From Picochlorum sp. SENEW3 (Eukaryota), in contig CP120458.1 of the NCBI GenBank assembly GCA_034226945.1, positions 806,001 through 870,000 on the forward strand: DNA of 64,000 bases, read 5' to 3'. Under the pieces are notes generated by a model. It saw nothing but the letters and a program-made list of their open reading frames with translations. It did no database searches and was not told the DNA's origin. Shown in pieces: positions 12,727 through 24,506 of this stretch. How positions within the stretch are numbered: the stretch's first letter is position 1; each line of letters opens with the position of its first letter. Both the position numbers and the translations under genes were made by a program.

Positions 12727-13638
12727 ATGGAACGAGTCGCCTCCAGAGCAGTCTCCGTCAGAAACGGAACATGTGTGTCTCGGTCGTTTCGGTCTTTGAT
12801 TTCTCCGCGAATTGTTCGTTGTATGGCGACCAATGATAGAATCAACCATACTATGAACGATTGTGAAGGATTCGGTATGGATCGTAGGATGCTGATGGCA
12901 GCCATCATGTCGGTGGTGGTAGGAGCAGAGGTGGTGCCAGGTGCTCGTGCAGAGGAGCAATACGAGGCATTCTTTGGTACAGCAGCGCCTCCAACAAGCT
13001 ATGGTGGTTATGGGGGCAATGCAGAGGAAGATGCCAAGTATACATTTGAGTACCCAGCAGGATGGAAGCCATCGGTTCCAAACAAGACTGAAAAGGGCAC
13101 TCAGGGCATTGATTGCAGGATTACAAATGTGCGTGTGTGGTGACGGATCATCGTCTTTGTGAGTTTTCATCTCATATTGAAATCTATATGTTTTCTTGTG
13201 TAGCCGCGTAACAAGGGGCAGACAATTACTGTGATCACCTTTGGTCGTGCCGGAGAGGACAATAAATCTTTCAGGGTGACAGACATAGACGTGACGATTC
13301 AAGGGTTTGCAGGAGCTGACTATGATTTGTACGTGCTTTTTTGGTCTACGAGGAGTATATATATGTCGTGCTTCTTTCATCCCTCATCACGTGTATGCGT
13401 GCATATCTGTAGGCAAGATGCATTGTCCATGGAGTCTAACCGTGTGAACACAGAGCGGGAAATCGAAGGATCAATGTATTACGATGTTGAAATCGACAGC
13501 CCAGACGTGACGTACTTGGTATCTGTCACAGTCAAGTACGGAAAAGTGTTTGCTCTGTTTGTAAAGAGTCCAACAAAGTCATTCACAGCTGATCAGGAGA
13601 AATTGAGGCATGTGGTGGAAACCTTCAAGACATTGTAA
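12727..13638 (+). CDS. Thylakoid lumen PsbP-domain protein (multi-exon)
   Basis: Twin-arginine signal DRRMLM...ARA, TSYGGYGG, YTFEYPAGW, C-terminal VETFKTL. Confidence 0.85.
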
Positions 13639-13690
13639 TGAATAAATTACATATAAATAGAATGTGGTTTAATATATACACGATACCGTA

Positions 13691-14348
13691 TCAATCTAGT
13701 TCTGGCTCGACACATGCCTTCTTCTGTGCATGCTGTCCTTGTGCTTTCTCCACATGCTCAGGCGTCGTGTTTGGATTCTCCACTCCTGCTTCCTTCTTTT
13801 TCTTTTGCTTCTTCTTCTCCTGCGCACAGCATGATACATACCCTCAGCCACCACCAAAACAATGCTATATCAGCATGCAGACTCACCTTTTGTTTTAACC
13901 GTTTCGCCCTTCTAGCCGCAGTCTTGGACTCTTCCTCTGCATTCTTCGTCTCCATGGATTCTTTAAATGCAGCATTCCGCTCCTCTGCGAGAGCTTCCTC
14001 CTCCATGGCTCGTAACCTCTTCATCTCTCTACTCTTTGAATGCCTATACAGATCAAACGTACTCGAATTCGCCCCAGCATTACTTCCCATCAGAAAATAT
14101 TCTCTGTCAGGAACATTCTCCATAATATCCCGTATCTTTGCATCCAATTCTTCTGCCTACACAGGTTCAAATCAACACAAACACTGGTAGTTCAAAAGCT
14201 CCACAGACACACAACCAACTTTATTATTATAGGAAACACATACATCTCTCGCTCGTTTCTCAGCTTCTTCTGGTGTAATAGTATTCTGATACAGGATCAT
14301 ATCCTGCTCTTCCGCTCCCTTGGAGCTCTCGTATGGTTGAATTGACAT
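13691..14348 (-). CDS. PRKRIP1: PRKR-interacting protein 1-like spliceosomal factor (DUF1168), multi-exon
   Basis: MGSNAGANSSTFDLYRH..SREMKRL, KTAARRAKRLKQK, Lys-rich tail. Confidence 0.8.
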
Positions 14349-14624
14349 TTTCTTTGAATATATTCCTCCACAATGGTCTACGAATGACCTGAATGTGTCA
14401 CCATCGCAATTTCATATATAAATTGAAGAAAAATATAGCCCTTTTCGGCGCGCAGGGGACTTTTTGAATGGGTTGGGTATCGTTGATATGTCGTAAATAG
14501 ATTCATTAGAAAACACTAGCGTCTGCATGGTATTGGACAATGCAGCGCTGATTTCTGGATAGATCCATTCCGTATAACGCATGTATTTTTATGATCCATA
14601 ATTGAATCTGATACGCCCCCAAGC

Positions 14625-15452
14625 ATGCTCAAACCCGTGACGGCGACCCTCTGGGGCATGGAGTATTCAATTCATGGTGAGTTTGAGGACATGCTTATGC
14701 AGCATCCATCTCATCTGATTCGAACACGTGTATTGCAGAATGTCCCAAGACCCATCGAGATGACGTAGCTTCGATATTTCCCCAAGAGGACATGCAAGGT
14801 ACGGCATTCTCCTTCTTCTTCTGTGGTTTGTTTGTATATAGCAGCACCATGCTGCTCTGACTACACTTCCATCGAAAAGTTCACGACTACCATACAAAAT
14901 ATGCAGGTATGTTGATCGTACCGACATGCCAAAAATCTGATGTCAATCTTGTGGCATGGGGAGAACAGGCAGATGTTGAGAAGGACCGTTTACTAGAGCG
15001 GGTATGTTGTATGTTTCTTGCTCTTCTTTCGGATGATGAATGCATCAGCACATGCATAAAATGTTTTTATATATAATATCATCACAACTGTCGCCTCTAG
15101 ATATAAGGAAACCGCCTCATTCTGATCCTATTGTCAATGATTGAATTGAATGCAGTTTGTACAGTTTGCCTCGTGTGTCTGTGAGTGGTTGATGGACAAG
15201 GGATATTGGGCAGATTACATCGATCCATGCTCCGGTCTACCGATGATCCATAAGAATAGTAATAACGTATATGGTGAAGTCCAAGGACTGGTCACGTTGC
15301 TGGGATATCAGACCCAGAATGCTGGATGCTGTAAAATCATTCTGCATCCAAAGTGGGGATCCTCCGTGTACCCAGCATCATTCTTTACAAAGGCGCCTTT
15401 GCATGAGCTTGAAAATGCAATTCGGCATGCTGAGACTATTTTAGCACCGTAA
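14625..15452 (+). CDS. MMADHC: Cobalamin trafficking protein CblD-like (multi-exon; start approximate)
   Basis: EYSIHECP, EKDRLLER, GYWADYIDPCSGLP, GCCKIILHPKWGS.VYPASFFTKAP. Confidence 0.85.
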
Positions 15453-15494
15453 TTATATATATTAAATTATTTATGTACGCGAGTGAGTGTCTGT

Positions 15495-17813
15495 ATGGCA
15501 GCATTTGAAGAGGTGGGCATTTGCCCTGAATTGGTGAATGCTGCATCTGATCTTGGATGGAGGTGCGTCGCCCTATCACAGGTTCATTTATATATGTAAA
15601 AATGTAATATAAATGCATGCATGCGTAGTTTGCCCACTGATATTCAAGCAGAAGTTGTTCCACTGATTTTGGGTGGAGGAGATGTCATGGCCGCTGCGGA
15701 GACAGGATCCGGTAAGACTGGTGCATTTTGCCTACCTGTTGTTCAGATTGTTCACGAAAGGTTGAGATCGAGGTGCTTGACTGAGGCAGAGGACACGGAT
15801 GAGGTGCCGACTGCCTGTGTTTTGAGTGCCCAAGATCGGAGTTCTATTGTGGCCATCTCTGAGGATGGTTTGCAATGTCAGGCTCGATCTGATAGGGAGT
15901 GGGGTGGCTGTAGAGGAACAGGATGTATATATAAAGAGGGGAAGGCGTATTTTGAGATCACCGTGGAGGATGAAGGGCTTTGTCGTGTTGGGTGGGCAAC
16001 ACGGCATGGATCATTGGATATTGGGACGGATACGCAAAGTTTTGGATACGGTGGCACTGGGAAGAAGAGTCATGGGAAAAAGTTTGAGGATTATGGGGAA
16101 TCGTTTGGACTGCATGATGTTATAGGATGCTGGGTTGATTTGAGTGCCAAGACATTGGGCTTTACCAAGAATGGTAGAAATCTTGGTGCAGCGTATACAA
16201 TTCCAAATGCCCTTGTTAAAATGCCGCTGTATCCTGCAGTATGCCTTAAAAATGCACAAGTGTCATTTAATTTTGAGACGAGCAAGTTTCCAAAAGGGTA
16301 TCCGGATGGATGTAGACCTATATGTGATGTTTGTCTGTTGACAAACCCATTAGAGACATCCAACACCAAAGCAACAACAGATGCTGTTTCGCAGAAATTG
16401 CCTGTGGCTCTCATCTTGGAGCCAGTGCGAGATTTAGCTCAGCAGACAAAAGATGTCATGGAAAATTTCGCCAGACATCTCACGGACCCTGCCGTCCCTG
16501 TATCTCTCTTGATTGGAGGAGAGTCGGCAGCAGCTCAGATCAAGAGCATCCAGGCTGGCGCAGCAATCATTGTTGGGACACCTGGTCGTGTCGCTGATTT
16601 GGTTCAGCAAGGTAAACTCGACATATCAGGGGTCAAGTTTTTTGTGTTGGATGAGGCTGATGCTCTCCTTGAAGCTGGGCACAGGGATGTTATTCTGTCT
16701 CTGTTTAGAAAGGTTGGCACCTCTGGCACTGGAATGAACAGGCTGCAGACGCTCTTGTTCTCTGCAACTCTTCATTCTCCCCACGTCATGCGACTCGCAA
16801 ACGAATTGTGTCAAAATGCGGCGTTCATTGATCTCAAAGGGATGAATGCATTGCCAGATGCTGTTGATCATGCCTTGGTTATGGCAGACCCAGAAGAGGA
16901 TAGGACATGGTTGCAGTCAACCCCAAGGGTATGGACAGATCGAATGCATGATGTCGATCCACCATTAGCTCCAAATTCATCAGGTGCTGAGGCCTGGTCG
17001 TGTGCAGTCAAATGCTTGAAACCAAGGCTTTTGCAGCGTCTTATTCATGGTCTGGACATTCAACAGGCATTGATATTTTGTCGAACAAATTTCGACTGCG
17101 AGAATTTGGAAGCGTTTATGAATGAAATTGATAAAGGAGTAGAAGAGTCGCCTGATAAATCGTCAGTAGGCGATAAACGAAAAAGGTCCTCACGATACAG
17201 CTGTGCTGTTTTGGCAGGTGCGAGGTCCATGGATGATAGGCGGGCAGCATTGGATGCCTTTAAAGCGGGTACAATCCGATACCTCATAGCCACTGACGTC
17301 GCCGCACGAGGTATCGATGTATCAGGTCTTCCTTTTGTGATCAATATGACCCTTCCAGACAAGTGTGAGGATTATGTCCACAGGTCTGGAAGGGTTGGCA
17401 GGGCAGATACTCCTGGCCTATGCATCTCCATCGTGTCATCTGTCCCGGAAAAGGTGTGGTTCTGTAGGAAAAAAGGCTTAAAACCTTGGTTGAATCCGAC
17501 TAAAGAAAATACGTCCACGAAAAAGGGAGGCCACGCCATTTGGTTGCAAGAAAAGCTACTCCTGAGAGATATCGAGGAGAGGCTTGGAACAGGCATTGTC
17601 CCACTTCAGAGTGACATGTCTCTCCCCCCTAGTCTACTCGGATCTCGATATGGAAAAGGAGGTCAGCCAAAAACTGAAGCCGATGCTATCGCGCTCGAGG
17701 TGGCAGCCAGGGTGGAAGCATCCAGAGATTCTGTCAAAAAGCTTGCTCAACTTGAACACGAAGCACAGCAGACATTTTTCAAACTCCAATCTCTTGGATG
17801 GTCACGTTCATGA
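15495..17813 (+). CDS. DDX1: DEAD-box RNA helicase with SPRY insertion, 1 intron
   Basis: MAAFEE, AETGSGKTGAF, SPRY domain between motifs I and Ia, LDEAD, SAT, HRSGRVGR, KVWF. Confidence 0.95.
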
Positions 17814-17851
17814 TGGTAGTAGATACATTTAAAACAGTATATTATGATACA

Positions 17852-18610
17852 TCACGCAGCGGGCTTGACCCCTCGCATCAAACAGACATAAAAATCATCA
17901 TCAAACAGCACCTCGACATTTTCAAACCCTGCCTGGGCCATCACATCCCGCAGGTCGTCCAAAGTTTCGGGAATGTCATTCTCCGATACATGCTTCCATA
18001 GATCTCGTATTTCTTCTTCATTTAAACCCTTAAATACGAGCATACGCTGGTGCCAGTGCTTCTGAACAACGTCTCTGCTATCAGTTCCTGGGAAACGGTT
18101 GTACACATCACCATAGTAAAAGAGTCCACCTGGAGAAGTCCGCTCATATATCTGCTTCACCAATCTTTTCTTTCCGTCCAAAGGAAAGTGATGCAGAATG
18201 AATGTGGCAAAAACAATGTCAAATCTGTCTGCATTCCCGTCTTCATGAGAGAGAAACTCCACAAGCTCAGACTCCACCAACTCGACCTCATCAGCCCCGA
18301 GTAACGAGCGTTTTGCAATGTTCAAAGCATCTCTTGATGCATCTACTCCAGTAAAATGTTTCATCGTCAAACCATCCATCCCAGCAAAAACTGAGCTTGG
18401 AACATGAGCGTCTCCACACCCTACATCTGCCACATTGCACGCTCCCTGCTTTTTTGACGATCGCAAATCACATTGGACGGCTTCGATGATATTTTGATGA
18501 CATAATTCATTATTATCAACCACTGTTCGATACACATGCCACTGCTTTTGAAACAACGAAGCCGTTTCGACACTCGCCAACCTCGCGTCCTCCACGGCCG
18601 TGTTTGTCAT
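17852..18610 (-). CDS. Class I SAM-dependent methyltransferase, intronless
   Basis: VADVGCGDA, FTGVDAS, FDIVFATFILHHF, PGGLFYYGD. Confidence 0.88.
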   Translation of the reverse strand: MTNTAVEDARLASVETASLFQKQWHVYRTVVDNNELCHQNIIEAVQCDLRSSKKQGACNVADVGCGDAHVPSSVFAGMDGLTMKHFTGVDASRDALNIAKRSLLGADEVELVESELVEFLSHEDGNADRFDIVFATFILHHFPLDGKKRLVKQIYERTSPGGLFYYGDVYNRFPGTDSRDVVQKHWHQRMLVFKGLNEEEIRDLWKHVSENDIPETLDDLRDVMAQAGFENVEVLFDDDFYVCLMRGVKPAA

Positions 18611-18734
18611 TTTCTTCTTCTGCTTTCTCTCCTCTTCAGTTTTTATATCTGCAACTCTGTGGTCTGGACCAATCAATTCTTCTGATATTACAGTAGTATG
18701 CCCTACCTCGATGATGATGATGAAATCATGTCAA

Positions 18735-20100
18735 TTAATTCAGTTTCCAGTATGTGACAGTCCCATCATATCCACCAGCAAGAATCATTGTGCCCATACA
18801 GCAGACATGTGATAGAGGGTGATTATCAACCACCAGACTGCCCACTGGGCTAATCATGTTCATCTCATCCTGACGAACATCAACGGCATGCGTGCCATCA
18901 TCACACACATGCATTGAGGATGATTCTTCATCTTCCAAGGCAATATCCCACATGCATAGCCTGCAATCCTGTCCCACAGACACCAACAGCAGCGATGAAC
19001 ACGACTCATCATTGACAAACGCAACAGAACTAACCCAACTGGTGTGTCCCTCGCAGTGCGCTTGCACCCTATCAGAGCCCACCTTCCATATAGATATTAA
19101 ATCATCCTCTCCTCCCGCAGCAATCACGGTACCATCTCCACTCCACGCACAGCACGTGATTGCCCCAAAGAAGGAGTGAAATCCACCTACAGTTTTACCC
19201 GAGGCCTGCAGATCGACAATAATTAATGCCCCAGTGCGGGTGCCCACTGCCATGTACCGTCCATCTGGTGACATCTCTGCAGTGGTAATGCTACACCCCT
19301 CCAGATGTATGATGCTTTCTGTCGTATCATGCCCACCTCCAGATGATGATTGATTGAGCAGGTCAGAGTCAGAACTGTTGCCAATGATTTTATGGTGTCG
19401 GATAATATCTCCATCTTCATACACGGCAATGAAGCATGTACCTGATGCATCATCTGGTGCCCACATAGCTCGTACACAAGCAGAAGAATTGACGCTTTTC
19501 TGAGAATTAAACCGCATAATACGGCTATAAAAATCGGTCGAGGATGATTGAATCGGCAATGGCATTGCTTGCACTGCATCATCATCAAGAATAAACATTG
19601 TCAGACATGTGCCATGCATGGTTTGCATTATGAATGCCTTCGTACCTTCCCCCGAAGAAAACGCCACAAGCATGGCTCGATCATCCAAGCATGCTGATGT
19701 AAAGTCCATACTCGTGATACTGGATGTGTCGGATGGACCAGTATCGTTGCCGTGCTTGCTCAGGTCAACCCTGCTCACAAGACCTCTTGAGGTCATCTCA
19801 TCCTCCTTCCCATGGCCTTCCTCATCACCCTGCATATATTTGATCCTTCTTTGATTTCATGATGGAAGTTTATCTATACTCATGAAGAAGCCCACGCACC
19901 CATTGCTCTGGATTTTCGTTCAAAAGAAGAAATCGAACGACATTGAACGCAATCAGGTTTCGTCCACCATACGTTACAGGAATGCATTTCGTAGATTGTT
20001 TAAAGTTACATTGGGCTTTGAGAGGCCGTGTGGAGCCAAGATATTCCCAGCGCTGGTTGTTTGCAGTTTTCAAGTCGGAGCAAGAACATTCCTCCTCCAT
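18735..20100 (-). CDS. WD40-repeat protein (WDR20/DMWD/CreC-like), intron-containing
   Basis: SPDGRYMA, HSFFGAITCCAWSGDG, GGEDDLISIW, GHTSWVS, SVGQDCRLCMWD. Confidence 0.85.
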
Positions 20101-20191
20101 GATGTCACGTTTTCTTCTTCTTCTTCTTCCCGTTGTCTTCACAGATAAATTGCATATACAGAAAAGAAAAAACAAAACAAAGAATGAATAG

Positions 20192-21376
20192 TTACTGAGG
20201 CTTTTGCTTCTTTCTGGCAGATTGCCTTGTCACCCGCATTGAATTTTCCTCTTCTTGCTGGGCTGTGGCTCTGCTTTCGGTATACTCATCCTGCTTTCCA
20301 GTGTCGCCGCTATCCCCACTTGCTTTACTGACAGCATCGCATACAACTTCTCCTTGTAGCTCGAATGGTTGCTGTACTGTCGATACCGCATCCTCTGCTG
20401 TGTGGGCAAACTGGTCCAGGTGGATCTGGATGCCCCCTGCAGCACTGCTTCCTGTTGGAAGTGCAACATTCACCCCTCGCGTTTGCGCTGGCGGGGGAAG
20501 CATGGGCGGACGATTGCTGGAATTCTTCCTCTTGAGCCCTCCCTCTCTCTCCTTCTGGCGATTTCCACTGTTACTGCTGTTCCCAGGGACAGGGGCAGTC
20601 GCCTGGACTACTTTGGCAGATTTCCATGCTGCTGCTGCAGCAACTGCTGCAGAAGACTTGCCATGCGATGATGGGTGACCATTCTGTAGGACATGAAGCG
20701 CTTCATTCGTGTCAATTGGCATGTCACTTGAAAGCGTCTTGATCAGCAAGCTGTCAGGCCTATCTTCCCTCATCATTCTGCCAGTGGTCTGGGAGACTAA
20801 TGATGCAGCTGTGGCAATAGCAGCGGCATACGTGCCTGGCAGCGCCCCAGCAGCAGCAGAGGACAATGACTCTGTCGGCCTCTCTGTATGTGCATTTCTG
20901 TCTTGCTGCTCCATCTCAAACGACGACACGCGTCGCTTCAACCCATCTGGGAGTTCAATCTTGCTTGGATTCTCCATTGCGTTTGACACGGCGGACAAGG
21001 AGTCCTGACAGTCTCCCACAAGCTGAGCAACATTTTTTGTAGCATCCTGTGCCTCGGCACTGCTCACGGCTTGTGTCTGATTCTGCTGTCCACTCGGCTT
21101 TGCCGTATTTGCCAAAACTACTTGAACAGTCCCTTCTGATGACGATCGCTGTTGTCTCAAACGTGGATTGCCACTTGCTCCACTCCTCCCACCAATATGC
21201 ACAGTGGCATACTGCGATGGGGCACTCCTCCCAACTGACCCTCTCTCCCTAGTATTCTGAGCCACCCCGGGGGTAGTGTTGTTCACCTCTGGAGAGAACC
21301 CAATAGACATGCCAGACTGCACGCCCGCGCTTCCACGAGTCCACTCGGCCACGAGTGGCACTTCCTGGGGAATCAT
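20192..21376 (-). CDS. Low-complexity, probably disordered protein of unknown function
   Basis: 394-aa open frame rich in Ser/Ala/Gln with NLS-like KRK clusters; no recognised domain. Confidence 0.6.
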   Translation of the reverse strand: MIPQEVPLVAEWTRGSAGVQSGMSIGFSPEVNNTTPGVAQNTRERGSVGRSAPSQYATVHIGGRSGASGNPRLRQQRSSSEGTVQVVLANTAKPSGQQNQTQAVSSAEAQDATKNVAQLVGDCQDSLSAVSNAMENPSKIELPDGLKRRVSSFEMEQQDRNAHTERPTESLSSAAAGALPGTYAAAIATAASLVSQTTGRMMREDRPDSLLIKTLSSDMPIDTNEALHVLQNGHPSSHGKSSAAVAAAAAWKSAKVVQATAPVPGNSSNSGNRQKEREGGLKRKNSSNRPPMLPPPAQTRGVNVALPTGSSAAGGIQIHLDQFAHTAEDAVSTVQQPFELQGEVVCDAVSKASGDSGDTGKQDEYTESRATAQQEEENSMRVTRQSARKKQKPQ

Positions 21377-21872
21377 ATCTAGTCTCTATTACCTTTTTTT
21401 GCACTAATGCTTCTTGCTCCAGGTCATCTTCTTTTTTTCTCCCAGAAATATGTGGCGCTTTTTTACCTTTTTTTCTCGTTGTCTTGGAGGACAACAACCG
21501 TCTCGACCAAGGTTGGTATCGTTCCTACCAATGCTACTACTATTGCTACTGCTGATGTAACTATATATACATATATATTCTCAAAACAGAGAGACGCTGT
21601 GATTGTCAGCGTCGGATAAGAACAATTGTCCCGCACGTGAACAATGCCCACGACAGTTTCCGAGATACCAGTCTCTTGTCTGAGACACCTCTTCAGATGA
21701 ATGTATCTAATAAACTGTAATACAATATAAACACGAGTCACGAGACTGTAGAATCATACGCATGGCAGCACATGTACATTCCGAGATTAAAAAGGCGCCC
21801 TTTTCCATCGAGTCGACGTTGTGCTCTCGATGCAACGCAGGGATGTTTTATTATTTCATCATGTAATTAGAA

Positions 21873-22163
21873 ATGGGTAAAGGAATAGCCATTGCAAGGC
21901 CGTATTCAAGTGTGAATTTCACACGAGAGACCGAAGAGGGTGGGGATGGAGATGTCTATAGTTTCCTCGCCATGTTTGCTGGGATCTTTGGGATTATATC
22001 GAAAATGAGAGCAGCGGCGCTGGCATGTGCAGCTTTCTGTGTGTTGCTGGGGGTTAATGTCAACTTTAGTTCTCCCACGCAGGTTCGGCAACTCTTGAGT
22101 TGTATTGGGGTTGCTGTTTTTTGTGGATTTGGTGTATACATTCAGCCTCAAGGTCAGCGATAA
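21873..22163 (+). CDS. PAT complex subunit Asterix (WDR83OS/UPF0139)-like small membrane protein
   Basis: ARPY, DVYSFLAMFAGIFG..KMR, QLLSCI; 96 aa with 3 hydrophobic segments. Confidence 0.7.
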   Translation: MGKGIAIARPYSSVNFTRETEEGGDGDVYSFLAMFAGIFGIISKMRAAALACAAFCVLLGVNVNFSSPTQVRQLLSCIGVAVFCGFGVYIQPQGQR

Positions 22164-22187
22164 TGTAATAGAAATGAATGAAATCAG

Positions 22188-24098
22188 TCACCATTGGTAT
22201 TTTGCTTCGACCAAAACCTCTTCGTAAAGTTCGGCAGCATGCTGCCAGCTCAAGTCCTGTTCCATGCCTCGTGTCTGGAGGCCTCGGAATGATTCTCTGT
22301 GCTCTCTGTATGTATATAGAGCATCTCCCATGGTTCTCTGGAACGCTGATGCATCTGCCCATTCAAAGGTCCACCCTGTCCCTGTATTTTCGAATGGGTT
22401 GAATGGCTGCACAGTGTCTCTCAGCCCACCAACGGCATGGACAATGGGGACTGTTCCATAGGCCATGGCATACAACTGATTCAGACCGCATGGCTCAAAT
22501 CTAGATGGCATGAGTAAAATGTCTGCTGCTGCTGTGATTCTGTGTGCTGTGCGGACGGAGAATCCTACCCAGGCTCTACACTTGTCATTATTTCTGTTTT
22601 CCATGTCTCTGAGCATGCCTTCCAAATCATCCCTCCCTGATCCCAACAGGACCAACTGCACGCCTTCCGACATGAGCCATTCGTAGTTTTCGCATATCAA
22701 GTCGACGCCTTTTTGGTAGTCCAGGCGACCAATGAATCCCAACAGGGGCACGTCTGGGTTTTCAGGGAGCCCAAGCTCTCTCTGCAAGGCAGCCTTGCAT
22801 GCTGCTTTGCCCTTGACGAATGTTTCAATATCATAATTTTGGTATCCATCAGATTGTAAATCTGTATCAAGAGAAGGATTCCATTCCTTTGTATCAATGC
22901 CATTCACAACCCCTCGAAGTTTCCAATTATTCTCCCGAATGACGCCATCGAGACCCCATCCTCCCTCTTGGGTCTGACATTCCCATGCATACCCATTGCT
23001 TACAGCCACAACTCTATGCGACGTGATGAGGGCGGCTTTCATGATGTTCATGTGTTCTCCACCGACAGGATCATCGAGTCTGAACAAGTCGACATAATGA
23101 TCTGGCACCTCGAATGGACCCAATTCATCCATCGGAGCCCGACCTTGATGCGCAATATTGTGAATGACAAAAATAGAACGTGCATATTCCATCTGACCAT
23201 GGTCTCGATAGTGTGCCTGCAAATACACCGGCAGCAGAGCTGTGTGCCAATCATTTGCAATAAACACCAGGGAATCATCGCCATAGACAGTGCCACCGCA
23301 GGGCACCACCCATGGAGCTTCCAACGCTGCTTTGCTCAGTAAAGCACATCTAAATTGTAAATCCGCTCTGCCACCACCATAAATATCGTCTCCGAAGGAT
23401 AAATACGTTGGATGGTCGACAAACACAAAATCCACCCCGTCCACATATGCATGGAAATAGCCAAATTCGTGCTCTTGTCCCATGACTCGTACTCGATGTC
23501 GGACACCAGTCTCCCATGCATCTTCGTAGCACTTATACCGTGGCACGACAACCATGACCCGATGCCCTCGCTGTGCCAGAAATTTGGGCAGAGCCCCTAC
23601 AACATCCCCAAGTCCTCCAGTCTTTGACCATGGTGCGCATTCTGCCGCCACCATGACAACATTCATCGCATTTGGATTGCTTTCCTTCTTGTCATCGTCT
23701 TGCGGTGGAAACACGAGCTCGGTGATACCACCATCATGCTGTGTCTCTGCATGATATTCTGGAGGAGGAGGATGCTCTTCCTTCTCTTCCTCCACCTCGA
23801 TTTTTTTGACTGTCGGATTTCCAAGTAAATTAGAGAGTTCAGCTTGTGCCTTTTTCCTCTCTTCAATCTGCTTCATCAACTCTTCGTGGAGCTTTTTCAA
23901 ATCCCCAGACTGCATTGTCTCGTTAGATGAGGTGGAATTCTTTCCGGCGCTGCTGGCCTGCTTCCGAGGCCTTCCACGTTTTCTCTTTGGACCATCAGAC
24001 ATTGTGATGTCACAATACAATTGGCGGCCAGTCTTCCTAGTATTCACATTCTCGCCTCGTGCACATGTGTCCAGACATGGGCTGAACCTTGTCAACAT
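22188..24098 (-). CDS. SS2: Soluble starch synthase II, plastid
   Basis: [44 protein letters not shown]-type C-terminus EAKYQW. Confidence 0.95.
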   Translation of the reverse strand: MLTRFSPCLDTCARGENVNTRKTGRQLYCDITMSDGPKRKRGRPRKQASSAGKNSTSSNETMQSGDLKKLHEELMKQIEERKKAQAELSNLLGNPTVKKIEVEEEKEEHPPPPEYHAETQHDGGITELVFPPQDDDKKESNPNAMNVVMVAAECAPWSKTGGLGDVVGALPKFLAQRGHRVMVVVPRYKCYEDAWETGVRHRVRVMGQEHEFGYFHAYVDGVDFVFVDHPTYLSFGDDIYGGGRADLQFRCALLSKAALEAPWVVPCGGTVYGDDSLVFIANDWHTALLPVYLQAHYRDHGQMEYARSIFVIHNIAHQGRAPMDELGPFEVPDHYVDLFRLDDPVGGEHMNIMKAALITSHRVVAVSNGYAWECQTQEGGWGLDGVIRENNWKLRGVVNGIDTKEWNPSLDTDLQSDGYQNYDIETFVKGKAACKAALQRELGLPENPDVPLLGFIGRLDYQKGVDLICENYEWLMSEGVQLVLLGSGRDDLEGMLRDMENRNNDKCRAWVGFSVRTAHRITAAADILLMPSRFEPCGLNQLYAMAYGTVPIVHAVGGLRDTVQPFNPFENTGTGWTFEWADASAFQRTMGDALYTYREHRESFRGLQTRGMEQDLSWQHAAELYEEVLVEAKYQW

Positions 24099-24506
24099 GA
24101 TGCTTTGATTATTTCTGGCACTGCCCTCGTACGATATCAAATTTGGATCGACTCTACGAATTCCTACACGCACGACTCCCTGGAATGAGCCAAGGCGGGT
24201 CTCGGAGTTTTGATAGAGGCTGGATAAGATTTGTTTCGATCAATCAATTGCCGATTACACCGTGCTGTGTGTGTACATATAGCTATTAAATAAAAAAAAA
24301 CTCGAATATGAAATTCTCGAATCCGCATTGTCACGTCGCAATATAGAGATGCATGAATAATAAAGAAAACCAAACCTTCCCATCAAAGGCTATATTTGAT
24401 AGTGTGTGAGAACTTCCTACTCAGCACAGGAAGTTCTCGAGATTCCTGCTGCTGTAGCATTATTATTATTCGGTAATTCATTAAAAACTTGTTGTAGAGC
24501 AGGAAA

